A DNA stretch of 64,000 nt from Lingula anatina (GCA_051362555.1 CM120640.1:25530225-25594224), one strand, 5' to 3'; shown: positions 42,578 to 57,900, numbered from the stretch's first letter. Notes: generated from the letters alone by a model not told the origin. Numbers and translations: made by a program.

Positions 42578-44631
42578 ATGGGAGACCTTGAACAGTAAGT
42601 TATCAGCTTTTTTAACAGTAGATTTGAAAGTCGTACCCTTCTGTAGGTGCTGTATTCAACCTAAAAAAGTGAAATTTATGATTCAGCAAAGCCTGTGTTT
42701 TCATGATGTTGTTATGGAGTAGAGGCTCAGTGCTGATGAAAAAGCAAATTTGCCTCTGTTATTGATCTAGCTCGGGGTTCAATGGAAGTATCACTTCAAC
42801 ATGGTAACCATAGTCAGGTCAGGTCATCCTACCTGCTACTGGTACCCTGTAAACCAATACAACCTGTTCTAAGATCTAGCTGTCAGATCAAACTGTCAAC
42901 CCCACCTTCCTGCCTGGAGGAAGGTGTGGAGGGGTGCTGGACTCCCTGATGAAAGGAAAAATAAATTCATCTTTGTAAGGGCAGATGGTCTCTCTAGATA
43001 GGACCAACAACCATCCAGCAACACCTCATGATAGAGTGTGTCCATGGGGTTTATTAGCCAAGAAAACCATCTCATGTCATCAATTGTACATACACACATA
43101 GTACACACAGCAGCGGTTGCTGCTATACATTTAAGCTTAAATTGTTATCACAGATCAAACGCTTCCCTTGTGAATAAAGAATAATCAAATACATTTTTAA
43201 AAAATCAATGTGCAATCTATTTAGTAGTGGCTTTAATAGATCATAATTGAAAACAGCAGTGCACATTCTTAGAAATCAATTTACTATTTTTGTCAGTCTT
43301 ATGAATGATTTTGTTGTCATGTTCAATTTGTAAGTTCATAAATGATTTTTAATGCAATCTTTGTAATTTCAGAACATGATATAAAGCTTTTCCATTGATT
43401 TCATGTGTAGTTCCAACAACAGTCACAGTCGTTTGTCTTGTCATCTTTATTTATAGCTTTATTATGTCATAACTGAGAAGGTCTGCAGCAAACTTAAACA
43501 GATTTTGGTAGAGCAGTAAGCAAGTTAAATGCTTTTAATGTGATAAGTGTGATGTGATAAGTTTTCAACAAATTCTATTGTTTTAGGCCAGATGTCCAGT
43601 TGTCCTCAGTAGTTCCATCTACTAGTGGAGGCATGCAGGCTCTACTGCTGTATGTGGTGGCTGTACTTATGTTTATACTGCTGTACTGGTTCTATAAACC
43701 ACAGCCTGATACTGCTGCTCCGTCCACCAGGGGAGGCAAGGCGAGCCTGAACAGAAGGAGACCTGTAGATAAAAAGCAGAAAAGAAGTTTATTTGCAGTG
43801 CTTGGAATAAGTCAAGAGGATTTGAAACATTTTGAGGCATTTAGAGATAAATTTTCTCATTTTGATGATGTTACTGACAGTATCAAGAGAGCAGGACTAG
43901 AGACCTGTGGCTTGATCATTGGAGTTGATTTTACTGCAAGTAATGAATGGCAGGGACGCAAAACATTCCGTGGACGTAATCTTCATACAGTGTCGGGGAA
44001 CAAGATTAACAATCCATACCAGAAAGTTATATCTATTTTAGGGCAGATTCTCGAACCATTTTCAGATGACAAGTTGATTCCAGCATATGGGTTTGGTGAT
44101 TCAGCAACACAGGATCACAATATTTTTCCTTTACGAGCAGATGACCAGCCGTGTGTAGGTTTTGAAGATGTTCTGCAATGTTATAATAATGTAGCCAAGA
44201 AGGTGACTCTTAGCGGACCAACAAATTTTGCACCCATTATTAATGAAGCCATCCACATTGCTAAACATTCTAAGAAGTACTTTATTCTAGTCATTATAGC
44301 AGATGGCCAGGTTACTGAAGAGCAGCTGACAATAGATGCTATAGTGGAAGCATCGAAATACCCCATTAGTATAATAGTGGTGGGTGTAGGAGATGGACCC
44401 TGGGAGGCCATGGATGAGTTCGACAATCACATACCCCGGAGAAAATTCGACAATTTTCAATTTGTAAATTACCATCAAGTTATCTCTAAAGCAAAGTTTC
44501 CAGATGCAGCCTTTGCACTGCAAGCATTAATGGAAATTCCAGATCAGTATAAAACTATCAAATATCTAGGTTACATAGGTGATGAGACGTCAAAAGGTCA
44601 CAAAACAGAGGAGAAACCCAAGGGAGATTGA
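42578..44631 (+). CDS. Membrane-anchored copine-type vWA domain protein (no C2 domains), about 353 aa
   Basis: Probable first coding exon 42578-42594 (MGDLEQ, donor |gtaagt, phase 2) splices in frame to 43587-44631; alternative start ATG 43633. N-terminal TM LLLYVVAVLMFILLYWFY; copine motifs LIIGVDFTASNEWQG, NPYQKVI, IPAYGFGD, LSGPTNFAPII, YFILVIIADGQV, PISIIVVGVGDGPW, FDNFQFV, ALMEIPDQY. Confidence 0.88.
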
Positions 44632-47600
44632 GGCAGATTAATCAATAGTGTGCAGCGAGATAAGGCAATTGTTACAAATCCTGATTTTCTTAATATCAGA
44701 ATGCCTTCAATATTTCTTTGGGTTAAAACATTTAATTAAATCTCTCACAATGTCTTTGCTTAAATGCACAGTGTTAAGGTGGCAGCAATGTACACAACAG
44801 TTTATAGTGCCATCCACACTGGCAAGAAAACCCAAGGCCCAACGATCCCACTCTCCTTGCTTCTCACTGGTCAGGGCAACAATTGCCTTTCATCAGTCTT
44901 ACTGCCTGTTAAGCATGCGCACTGTTGTTTCATTAAAAAGTTATCTCTTAATTTCCTAAACACCATTTTATTCTTAGAGCTTCCCTCCAACCTTTTATTT
45001 ATTCCCTCCTCTGGCCAATAGAGATATCATGGATTTTATAGCTTCTGCAGACCGATACACCCTTTTTCTGCTCATTTTTATTTAATGCAACACGTGAAAT
45101 AACCAGCCAAATGTGTTGGATTGTCCACTTGTGTGCATGTGTTCTAAATGTAAACATCCAGTCTTGCCAGTGTGTATGGCATTTATGTTGACATGTGGTC
45201 AATAAGTAAATGTTGTTAAAAGTTCATCTAAGTGAGTGGTCCATATATACCCTTGAGTGATAAAGAATAAAACTGGCAGCCCTTGAATCTCTTGTATTGT
45301 TAGACTAAGAGCATTTTGTTCGCTTTTGAACTGTTATATTTATATATGTAATGTTATTTGTAATATGTGAAATTTATGTGAAATTTATGTTGTATCTCTG
45401 TTTTTGATGAATTATTTTTCACTTTTGCACAATCCTTTAAATCTTCTAAATCAGCTTGGCTTTAAAGGTGCATTGCAAATAATGCTCTGCAGGTTATTAA
45501 TATCCATTTGGCTCTGTTATAAATAATTTACAATATTTCACATACATACATGTTGGTAAGCCATACAGTTTGTGATGTATTTCTTACTTCCCCTCTGCTA
45601 CATTTAAAGGAGAACATTTTATGTGAAAACTGTTTATATGTAGCTTAGCAGCAATACAGTAAATTATCTTGGTGATTAATTTTGCTACTGATAACATGAT
45701 TGGTGATGTGCTTCAGCTCTGTATTGTATTAACATGGTAGCAGGAAAGGCAGATATGATATTGATGGGTTACTATAATTGTACAGTGTCTCATTCATTAT
45801 TATTTGCAACTTTCAAACTCTTTATCAATAAATCATTTTTTTTAAATTCATCATTTTAGTGACACAAAAACAAAATTTTTGATAAACTTAACAAAAAAAA
45901 AAATCAAATTATCTTTTACATGTAGCTCTTTCAAAATGGTGTAAGAGAAAATGTTATGTTTGAGTATTTTTGAAATTATTGAGTCAGTACAGTATTTCAT
46001 TTTCTGGCGTAATGAATGATCCAGACACTACTTAGAATGGAAATCATTTGACATTGCCTATGTGCTTTATGACATAAATCACCTTCTAGAAGGCGCCTCA
46101 AAAGAATATGAACTGTTCTGCAAAAGACTTATTTTTCCAGATCTAAGAGAGAACAATCAAGAACAACATCATGACATTTCTTACTCCATTCTGGTCCAAA
46201 TCCCTCAAAATCTCATGTTATACTAGGTTGTGAGACTTTGGACTGTCTCTGGTTATTCCCCATCATTAATAATTCCAAATTGCAGTGAAACTATTACCTG
46301 CATGCTAAAATATTCCCTGAAAGCACAGAACATGTTTTGGAATTTTTTGGACAATGCATTCAATATTATGTACTCCATTCTATACTCGGGAGTCTCATCA
46401 TTATGAGATGCCATCACAATGCAGTAGAGTAGTGTGTATGTTTTAAATTATTAGGTCACTATTTACTGGAAACAGATTGTTTATAGACAATTATTACAGG
46501 TGCAGCAACAGTGACTTGAAGGGCATTTTCTTTTGTTTCTTTGTTTAATTGGATTTTTTATTTCTATTTCCAAGTATTTTTATGTATTATACAAAATATT
46601 TTATATATAATATATTAGTTGATAATGGAGCTTTTGAAGATATTGATGTAAGCTATTTATTTTTGATGGAAATTGATATTATTCTCATCAATCTCTCCAC
46701 TTGAATAATTAATGACTTAGATTCTTAATTTATATGAAACCATGCCAATCACTTCCATATCTGAGGAGAGTAACAAAAATTAATTGGATTTCCTAATTAA
46801 CATTGTACATGCTATTTCCATATATTCAGTTTTGGGGGCTAGTGCAGCTTGAACTACTTGTCACTCACATTCCAGCTGTCTTGGAAGACACATTCAGACT
46901 GTACAATATATTATAATTAACACTGATTGCCAAGTCTTCATAGGCAATGGAATCATTTGTGCATTGTTTTGAAAAAGGTCCATGTAAAAGCCTTTATTTG
47001 CAATTAGTATTTTAAGGGTGGATGTACAATGGGTTGAATGTCTTTTTTTTTCTTTCCATAAAGTCAATGCCTCATTTTATTAGTTATACCAGTATTTTCT
47101 TTTTATTTACAATTTGGTCCACTATCTGAAGATCTGTTACATCAAGTAACTAAATTGTAAAAAGTTATTGAGTTACTTTCCCTTTTGCTTACGTCTTCCA
47201 TTTTCAGTTATTGCAGTGTTCTTTATTAAGTTATTCCATGTTATCTCTTTTAATATGCATATTGTTAAGAAATAAAGTATGTGTGAGATAGTCAAAACTG
47301 AAGTGCTGTTCTTGCTCTCATTTTGGTTTTGAACAAATTGTACTCTAGAGCTACGTAAAAAAACAAGGTTTTGCACAAACTGCATTCAATTGTTCATAAG
47401 AACATAATTTATTTTGCAATGACAGAAATGTTCCACCATTAAGGGGAAAAAAACAAACGGCATGAATTGTAGTAAAAACCGGCTTACATTCTTTTTTTAA
47501 TAAATTCAAAAACTTAAAACTCAATACCACTGCATTATTCTACAGCAAGAAAGTAAAACCGTGGTTATGGATGGAGGTAATGTGTCTTTAAATTTGATAC

Positions 47601-48606
47601 ACATAAATTTGAATAACGCATTCTTTGTGACTATCACACTTGCACTGGTAACTTTTGAAGTTACTTGTGGTGTTTCCTCTTGATAAATGCTAATGAGGAG
47701 GAACAGTTATACTTTATTTTAAACTCCTCTAACTATAAATGGAATGCCTTCTTTTACATGCTCTTTTGCAAGCAAACAAAATGTCATTGAACCTAATGCC
47801 TAAATTTTCATAATTTCAAATGTGTACCACTGATCTGTACTCAAGTTCCTACCATGTTTCCTAAATCAAGCAACAGATTTAGACAATATTTGTGTCATTT
47901 CTTTAAAATATGTAAAACAGAATATACATTTATATTCGAAGTGTAATAAAGTTTCTTCACAATGGAATAATTATGAATAGAAATAAAATAACCTACAGAA
48001 AATAAACCCTGTAACCTAACCTACTCTAAAACAACAGTATTTGTGAGCAAGGCAAATGTCAAGTAAATGTGACCCATCACCAAGCTTGCACCAAGAACAG
48101 GTTGTAAACCACCATCAGTGTGATATACAACAGTTTTTGAGTCTTTCTTTGTGTCATCCCTGTTGCCTTTAACACATGCTTTAAAAAGTCGCCACCACCA
48201 ATAACTTTAATTTTTTTTCTAAAATAAATGAGCTTTGTATTTCCAAACAGAATATACTTTTATCACGCATGGCAGTGCTCTTTTTTATCTTTTAATACTT
48301 TAAAATTACTCTATGACTTGAGTTTAAAATGCTAAATCATACAACTAATAATGTTAATCATTAACAATCTGCAAATAAAGGTCAACTGTATGAGGCTAGT
48401 ATAATGAGAACATAAATCATTATAATAATTGGAATCAACAAGCCAATTTTTCTCATTATCTTCAATGCACAGAGCTCAGAAGCAACTGCTACAATGTTGT
48501 CTAAAATCACATTTAGGAAAATATTGCCCCTCTTCATCTTAGTAACAAGAATTATATATATATTCTACATGGATAACATATTGAAACATTATTCCATGAT
48601 AGTCTT

Positions 48607-51600
48607 TTAATCTGTTTTCCAGAAGGTGTTGAAAAACTCTTGTATAGTGTCGTAGAGCATAAAGGTAATGGCCACATCAAGACATACCCTGCTTAATCTG
48701 GGTACTGTGCCTTTGTAAAACCTGTAAAGAGATCATGTACCTCTTATTTAAATTTCCTTTTGAAGTTTGCATCAAACTTTATCTAGATGATCAATGTAAC
48801 ATCAAAAATGAAGATTAACATGCTTTTCCAAAAACTCCATCACAATTTAGACATAGGGACCATTCCCACAGATATTTGAATCGATCTATCCCCCTGGGGA
48901 GATGTCTGTCACGCCTACTAAAGCTGTTAGGGGGTAATAATCTTTACCCCCTAGCTGATTCGACAGGCTTGACAGACATTTAAGCCTCTTGAGCTGATGG
49001 AAATTCAGCATGAACCCCCAGGGAGTTAGGTTGATCCAGATGGATCGATCTAAGTATGGGAACCCAGTCATAAACAGAAAGAGCAAAAATATAAAAATGT
49101 TAAATTAAATTTAAAAATGAAACATAATTAATATCAAAATGTATTCATATATTTCACAGACATTCCAATAAATCAGTTTAATGGTACAGACTGATGAAGA
49201 GGCTAAATCTTTAACTTATTTTACTTACGCTCTAGGTCCTTCATGCTTAAATATCTGCACAGCACAGTCTAATGTATTTTTGTATTTAGCAGCCTCCAAA
49301 CCCTAAAAGAAAAAGGTGTATGGTAAAATGCAAGTTCAAGGAAAAATAATTTTAAAAGTAGGCTTTGAAATGAGCAATTAATGAACTGCAAAAATCAATG
49401 TGTAGGTTCAGAATAGAAAATAAGGCATCAGAGTTAAACAAACAAGCTTGCACTGCCATTTAGAGCTATGCATACCTGCATTCTTGTTTTCACCACATCT
49501 AAAGGTGTGTTACCAAATACTGAAGCTGCACCAGCAATGCCACCCATGAGACCTGTTAGTAATTTTGGCACTGGATCTTTGGGTCCCTTCCCAGTTCTCT
49601 TTCTATACCAATCTTTTAATGTCTCCATCACATAAAATCTTATTGCTTGGTTGGAGCCTTGTTTCATCATTGTGGCAGTTACACCTTGGTAAGTTCCTTT
49701 TATTCCTAAAATATAAAGTACAGTTCAGGACTGCTTTATATAAGTGACAACTTATTTGTCTTGATTTTATTCTGCAGGAAAAAAATGTATAAAATCAAAT
49801 TTCAAAGTTATTTATTTGCAAAATGAACCAACCGTTATCTTTTGTCAATATTGTGAGAGAATTACTAAGAAGTGGGAATTTCATTATTATAACCATCTAA
49901 AATGCAGATACAATGCAATATTTTTCATGTACTAGTACTAAATGGTTTTATTTGAATGTATTTGTATTCTTCTGAAATAATGTTCACAAATACAAAAACC
50001 AAAATTAAGAAACACAATATATATCTTACTAGTCCCTATTACATACACACAAAAAAGATTATAATTTCAATTACCAGATGTTTTCACAATTTCTGATACC
50101 CCATGAAAAAAGCCCCTGTATTTTGGATTTGGTGATGTCTGGTCATGTATGAACTTCACTTTGATGGTTTCCATAGGAGTGACAGCAAATATAGCTTCAC
50201 AAACACCAGCCCCTTAAAAAGAAAGAGTTTTATCAACATAAGTTTTTAAAATAAACTACCAAACAAAAAGTTAAAATTAATGCTTCTATTAAAATATTGC
50301 ATTTTTTTAAATTTCTCTTCTCTCTGTTCTTATAACTCAGAAAGAAATTATTATTCAAAATGCAGCAGATGTGCATTGTGGTAAATGTGCTTTAAAAACG
50401 ACATCTTACGTTTTCTCCACAATACACAGTTATGTCCTATTCAGACACTGATTTAAGTACTTTAAATAATTTTTCAGCTATTCTATGAAATGCTTGCTGA
50501 AAAACTGTTCTCAGCAACCTAAAAGGTGCCTGACACAAGAAGAAAACACCGAAAAGAAGTGTGCTTATTTATGTGCACATCCACAGTTCTGAGTAACAAT
50601 AATCAAGGAGTTATAACAGATAACTCCTTGCAATAATGGGCTATCATCTTTGAAAGTCTGTCAAAATATTCCTACATGCTGGATTACAAAGGTGGTGCTT
50701 TCATGTGAAAGGGGATAAATTTGACTTATTTTAACCAACAATTGTGAATCCAAACATTGCTGCTATTCTAAACTTTTTAATTCTTAGGCAAAATTGACAC
50801 TCAAACAGGGCTTAAATCTGGGACAAACATAACAGTCTGTTTTACAGCTGTACATTACGAAGAAGAAGAAAGCTCTCAGAATAGCATTGTCATGTTTTTT
50901 AGTCATCTCAGGGATCATTTACAGCACACAAAGAAATACAAAACTTGTTCTTTGTCCCAAATTTTGATAGGTGAAGAAAATGGGTTACTGCCTGTAATCA
51001 CCATGCAGAATTGCATTATCAAAAGATTCTTTAAATAATTCTAAGTACTTTGCTACGTTTCAATTCTAACTGAGTTATTCGGGAAAACATACTTATTCAA
51101 AGTAAGTAATACCATTTTGTGTGTGTGTGTGTGTGTAGATCAGAGCCTGAAATCTGAAAAATTTACACTTTACATAGTCAATTAAATCTGCTAGTAATCT
51201 GTAACTATTCTATCCTGTTTAATTGAACATGGTGCTAATGGTAATAGGATTATGAGCTTTGGACTAAATATGTACAAGGTTACAGTGTAAACAAAAATCA
51301 CCGCCTCGAACATTTTGCAGAAGCCAAAAAGGGCTTCTATTCCAAGGTGTTCACTAACACAAAAGACTCAGTAGTTATGCACATATATCTAGACCAAACA
51401 CACTAATCTACATACCTCTGTGATACATAAGCATACATGCAAAACTACACATACAGTACTGTATATGCTTCTGTTTAATACTTATAATATTGGTCAATTA
51501 TTTAAGCAGCATGTTGGCAATGTAGGGTGTGATACGGCTAACAGGTGTCCATACACAGATGTGGTCACTGTATCTACAGCTGTTGTCCTATGACAAAGCT

Positions 51601-51932
51601 ATAGGGCTTAAAGCATACACACTACGGTGATTTATTAGTAACAATGCAATTCTGTATGATCACTAATAGATGTAAGAGGCAACAAAGGTATTCATTACAG
51701 CAGTGTATAAAATGCCGAGCTTGCTCTTCATTTTAAAATAATTTATACTTACCCAAACCACAAAGCAACCTCTGTCCTGGGGTTAATATGCCACTTTCAT
51801 TGATAACTTTGGATTTAAAGTATTCAAATGCACCAAACCTGCAATCAAAATAAAACAGTTTATTTTTTATTTAGCAGCAAGATGTACAGGGCCCTTATCC
51901 AGACAATTTGAAATATATAAGGTGTGTGTGAA

Positions 51933-51985
<53 letters not shown>

Positions 51986-54900
51986 CTGGTGAAGAAAACA
52001 TAATTAGAACTCCAGTCTGTGTGAGACAAGTAGGGCATATACCCAATATCTCTAAACTTTCACAAAGACAAGACATCAGCATTATCACCAACATTGCAAA
52101 ATCGATTCAAATAGCTCTCTAGACTCTATCAACTTTCTTGAATTGGATTCCCTTGTGATTCATTGCTTGAGAAATTACAGTTCACAGATTGACCTGGATT
52201 TATACAGATTGATTAAAAAATATGAACAATTCTTCTGATCACTAAATATTAACAGTATTTGGTAATTTTGATTTTCAGCCTTTGTTTTTCTTTTCTTTTA
52301 GAATCTGAAGATATGTTTTGATTTTAAAATAAAATAAAATTCAGATCATAAATATAGCTGACAGTGAATAGCAGATACTAGTATTGCAGTGAGGATTTAG
52401 TTCTATATTTTCCAAGGATGTTATCCTAAATAACAGGCCAATCCATGACTGGAAATTAAAAACTGTAACAATGCACTTTCTTTAATATCCTGTTGAATGC
52501 CCCAGTTGTCTATGAACAGTCACTCTTGTCTCTCAGGTATGGCATGCATAATATTGCTATGTCAAATGTAACATTAATACTAAACTGTCTGCAGCTGAAA
52601 GTCTGGCTCACGTTCTTCATGTACAGAGGACACAACATGAGTAGACGTTCCACAGAGAAAGTGACTAGTAAAGATACCTTAATGAGGCATTGAAACTAAA
52701 CTGTCGGCAGCTGAAAGTCTGCCTCACGTTCTTTATGTACAAAGGACACAACATGAATAGATGTTCTACAGAGAAAGTGACTAGAAAAGCTATCTTAATG
52801 AGGCAGTGAAACTATTTTGTATGAAGAGATAAGTATGTGTCACAAACTCCGAAAAGATTGAAAGACATAGGGAGCATGGTACTTCATAAACAGTTTTATT
52901 GTTTTATTTCTTTATTTATTTGTATTGAAAAATACTGAAGACAGAATTAAGACCGTCCCCAAATTAATTCATAAACTCAGAAATAAAATCAATTTGCTTG
53001 TGCAATCAAGACATCATTTAAGCATTACTTTTTGTGCATCATTTAAGCATTACTGTTCAACTACAGTGCCCCTGGATAGATATCGAGTTTGCTAAACATA
53101 ACCTTTGACCCTGTATACAGAAATTAGTTATTTTTAGTAGACTCCATCACCAAACAAAGGTTTTGGTGTACTGCAGGTATGCCTACTTGTAATGATGTCC
53201 ACTTTATAATTGAGGAGTGCATATAATTACCTAACACCAGACTTGGGTATAGATCCATAAACTAGCACACTGAGTCCTCTATACAGTCCTCGTACTCCAT
53301 GGTCTTTCACAGTGGATGTAACACAGTGGATGGGACCATGGAACCGTTTGACGGCTCCCATCTTTTCATCCAACTGTAACTGTGTTTTGACATATTCTGT
53401 GGGGAAAGTAATGCAGATTTCAATACCACCTGTAATGCCACCTGAAATGTATAAAAGAGCTTGATAAATATACCATTCCCTTACTTATTATGTATTTCTT
53501 TAACTTATGACTGATATCAAAGCAATTACAATGTATTTTATATTGGCAACTGGTGGTCATCTGCGGGCCCAACTGTCTATTAAGTAAGTGAAAATAATTA
53601 AAGGTATCAAATGCATCTCATTTCTGCAGATTATAACTATAGTGCTGCATGTAATACTGTAATGATTTATGCAACAACTCTTCACAGTCGTAATGCTGAA
53701 AGGTCACATCAAATCAGTGCAATATTTATCATCAAATTGTATAACCTACTGTACTGATCAGTTCAGAAAATGGGCACACAGGGTAAAGAGGCTGGTACCT
53801 ATGGGAGGCCATAGCACCTAAACAATACTCTGCATGCATTCTGCATTCACCAAAGATTAAAAAAAACTTGTTTGATATAATTTGACTTACAGCAAATTAA
53901 TAAACTATCCCCATCTGACAAAAATAATTTATCTCATACTGATAAAAAACATAATCCTTTCATGTAAGTGCCCCCATAATCTGCTTATGTGAGGTGACCG
54001 TTATGACTAAATGCTATGCTGCTGTGTTATAATTCAAAAACACCTTATAAAATAAGTTTTTAGCCAGGTCACATTATGCAAGTTGTAACCTTTCTGCAAC
54101 ATAAATAGCACCATACCCTACAGGTAAGAGTAATTCAGGTCATGCATAATTCCTGTATTTTTCTATACACTCATATACCGTATACTGAATATACCTGTAC
54201 AAAGCTGTGACTCTCTGAGAGAATTCTGTAATTTCGAATTTGGAAATCTTAAGATTAGATGCTGCACAGCAATTAATTTAATGAAAAATGAAGATCTAAG
54301 AGAGGTAGACAAAGGCAGGTGTAATTAGGGGCAACAATGCATTGCACTTATTGGACAAGCAAGAGAAAAAAATATCCCCTTTCCCTTCATGTTCTTTTTA
54401 CAGCGTAAATAATATGGATCTCTCAGTGATGTAACAATTAAGAAAATTTGCCCAAGTAATAAACTTGTGTAGATAACTGGCCTTACGAACAAAACTGACA
54501 TTTGTACAATGTAACTTGGAGCCATGGATTAGTGATTTTGATTGCTGAATTAATGATTGTATAAATTGTGTTAACAGCTGCAAGTCCCTTCATCTACCCA
54601 TTAGACCCATGAGTACAGGAGACTGAAGCTATAGTCATTAGACTTTCATAAAATTATGCAGTAGAAATTTTGTACAATAAAATTATAAATTACAGAGTAC
54701 ATTAGTTTGATTCATTTTGAAGCTTTTTGTTTATATCTTCAATCTTATGTTGATGATATTGTTAATCCACAGAACATTAATATTTGTAAGTTGAGTATCA
54801 CAAACTATTTAAGACTGCATTCCCACAGATTTAGATCGATCCATCTGGATCGAACTAACTCCCTGAGGATTCACGCTAAATTGCTGTCAGCTGAGCGAGC

Positions 54901-57900
54901 ACGAAAGTTAATTACCCCCTTACAGCTTTTAGTAGGCAAGACAGACATTTCAGCTGGCTAAGCTGATAGCAATCTAGTGAGACTCCCCACAGGGATAGAT
55001 CAATCTAAAAATCTGGGGGAACGCAGTCTAACTCTGGGCTAACATGCATTTTCCAAATTGTCCATGCACTGAGTGAGCATGGTTGCTGATATCATTTCCC
55101 CCTCAAATTTGTTGATAAGGTCTGATACTAAGATGCTTATCTCTCTCTTTATTAATAGAAATAGAGGAAAGGGTTACTCTTTTATGACTTTGAATCTACA
55201 AAAAGCTGATGAAAACCTCACAAAATTTTTGCAGTCAGTAATGCAGTACTCACAGTAAGTATTTACCCAATGAGACTATGAAATCACAGTTCAAGTCATA
55301 AATCCACCAAATGAAATCGATGATTTGCTGTTGCAATTCACCAACAGCATGCAGTTACCATATCATTTAAAAGACCTGAATAAGAGCATTAGCAGTTTGT
55401 TTCATATATACAATTGTATAAAGAAAACAGTCAAAGGACACCAATCACTGACATATTTGTCAGATATTTAGTATTTAGTTGATTATATTTTATTGATTCA
55501 AAACAGAACCATCTTTAATTTCTTGAAATTGGGACAGCCTGTATACTGAAGGATTCACATTAATACAAAAGAATTAACTATTATACAAACATAATAAGTG
55601 GTAAAACTATTTCAATTCCACATCTCTCCTTATTTTATAAGTGCATGACTAAACTGATTTCCTCTCCTTTTCGCATGTAGAATGTGGAATAAAATGCATT
55701 GAGAGGCTCTAGGCCATCTGTTAAATTTCCTTCACATTTGTAATTCCTCTCTAGACGTTGCCCATCACATCAGTATTTTAATGATACCATAAATTATACT
55801 CAAATAGATAATTAGCATTTAGGCTAGACAATCTCAGTCAGCCAAGAAGAAAAGACATGCCCTCAAAATCTTAGCTATAATTTTGTCATCATGCATAATT
55901 TGATCTTGTTAAAACATTCATATATATTCAATTGCTTGTAAGGTCATCACAAACTTGAAACTACCGTATTTGGCATATGGTGTATGTGACTTTGGGCCAT
56001 AACAGTTTGGTGTCAGAATCATTTATCTATGTACAGTGTATATATATCAAGCTTGACAATGTTTAAGACTGCTCTTTTTCATATGTCTGTAAGCTTTGCA
56101 AATTAAAATGCCATGGGTAGGTAACACCTTTAATGTCTATAGAAGAACAATTACTGTTGTGAAATAGCCTGTACCTAAATCAGGTTAAGATTGCCAAAGT
56201 GTTAAGAAGTCAGGGAAACTTTCTATGCAGTGAGACAACAGATTACATAAGAGGTACACCTGCAGTAGACAAAGAATGACTTCTGTCTACAGGGGGTTTC
56301 CATACCTGGCCTTCATATGTGGAAACAATATTGAGAAGTTGTTTACTGTAAACATCCATTGCAAAATGTCACCCATTCTATGTGTGATTGCTATCAAAAT
56401 GCTGTTTTTACTTGTATGTATATGCAGTTATATTAATATTCTGCAGTTTATAATAATTAAAAATTTAAAGGCATTAAAATTTATTTATGAATGTATTACT
56501 ATGACATGCAGGCAGAGCAATATTCATATATCATGTTAGGATAAGATGCTTATCCTTTGAGTCTGATCCTAACAAGAATTTCTCCACATGCTGTATCATA
56601 GTTAGGATGCTTTTTTCTATTGGGAATTTCAAGTTCATAAGGAATCAATAAGAAACCAACAAATAAACCCAGTTTATTATCGGAATTTATATCATATACC
56701 TCTGGGAAACTTGTCATGCAAAACTAAACCTCCATTGATTTACTGCATTAAATATCCCTTAGTGAATTCTAGTCTGGGACGCTCCTTATTTTCCTAGCAA
56801 TGCACTTCATTATCTACACTAAATCTAATTCCCACAAAACTAAATTACAAGATCGATGTAAAGTGAGATCAATAGAGACAGTAATGAATTGTCATGGAAT
56901 AAAAAGAAGGCCAAGTTAGAGACTGCAAATGTCCTAAGTATTGCACATATTTCATAAAGACCAATATCTCATCTAGCAAAAATAAAAAATTACTTCATCT
57001 TAATGCACTTATCAAGAGCTGAAGATTAATAATGAAACAAACTTTTTTATGTCATAAAATATTGTGACTTAGAGGATTTATAGTAAAAAAAAAAAAAAAA
57101 AAAAGCTCTGATTCTACATCTTATCGTGACAGAAGAGACTAAGATTTTACTGTAGGTTAATTGATATTGCTTCCATATAGATCAAAATACATAGCAACAG
57201 GATGTTAAAAGTGGAAGAAATCTGTGCATCTCTAAATTTTCCCTCTTCTACATGTATAAACATTTATGTACTTTCCACTATCCCTGTCCTATTCTTCATA
57301 TTAAAGAGGAAATGATACAAAATAGGTAAAATTCTCATACCCAAGTTCTGTAAAGATATACACTGTACTAGAGCATTTTGAGTATGCAAAACTGTAGTGA
57401 ATATATAGGATGCCTAGTTATTTATGTATATAAACAATTTTAATACAGTAGAAATTTTGGTAAAATTGTTTGATTGGCTAATTTACCATATTGTCAGAAA
57501 TGAAATTTAAGTAGATAGATAACTAAACAAAACCACAAATCTGACAATTATAACTGATAGTATCCAGAAAATGTTTGAAAGCCGAAAAAATACAAAAATT
57601 TGCTACAAGAAGATATCTTCCATGTTTACTGTTTACAGTTGGGATGATCGTGACCTTGAAAATTAACCAATCACATCACAGCATTTGGAGGTGTGTCTAT
57701 GATGCACCTGAACTTTGTCCTTCAAATATCGGTTCTGACGAACGAGGACATCTACAAGGTGAGGGTCAAAACACTCGATCAGGCTGTCAGTTCTCATTCA
57801 TGTTATATGAATATAAGATCCTTGCTCACAAAATGATATGGTCTCGGGCATTTTGTATCCGTCACCCCACTTGATCATGCCATATCGCCAGACTTCATAC

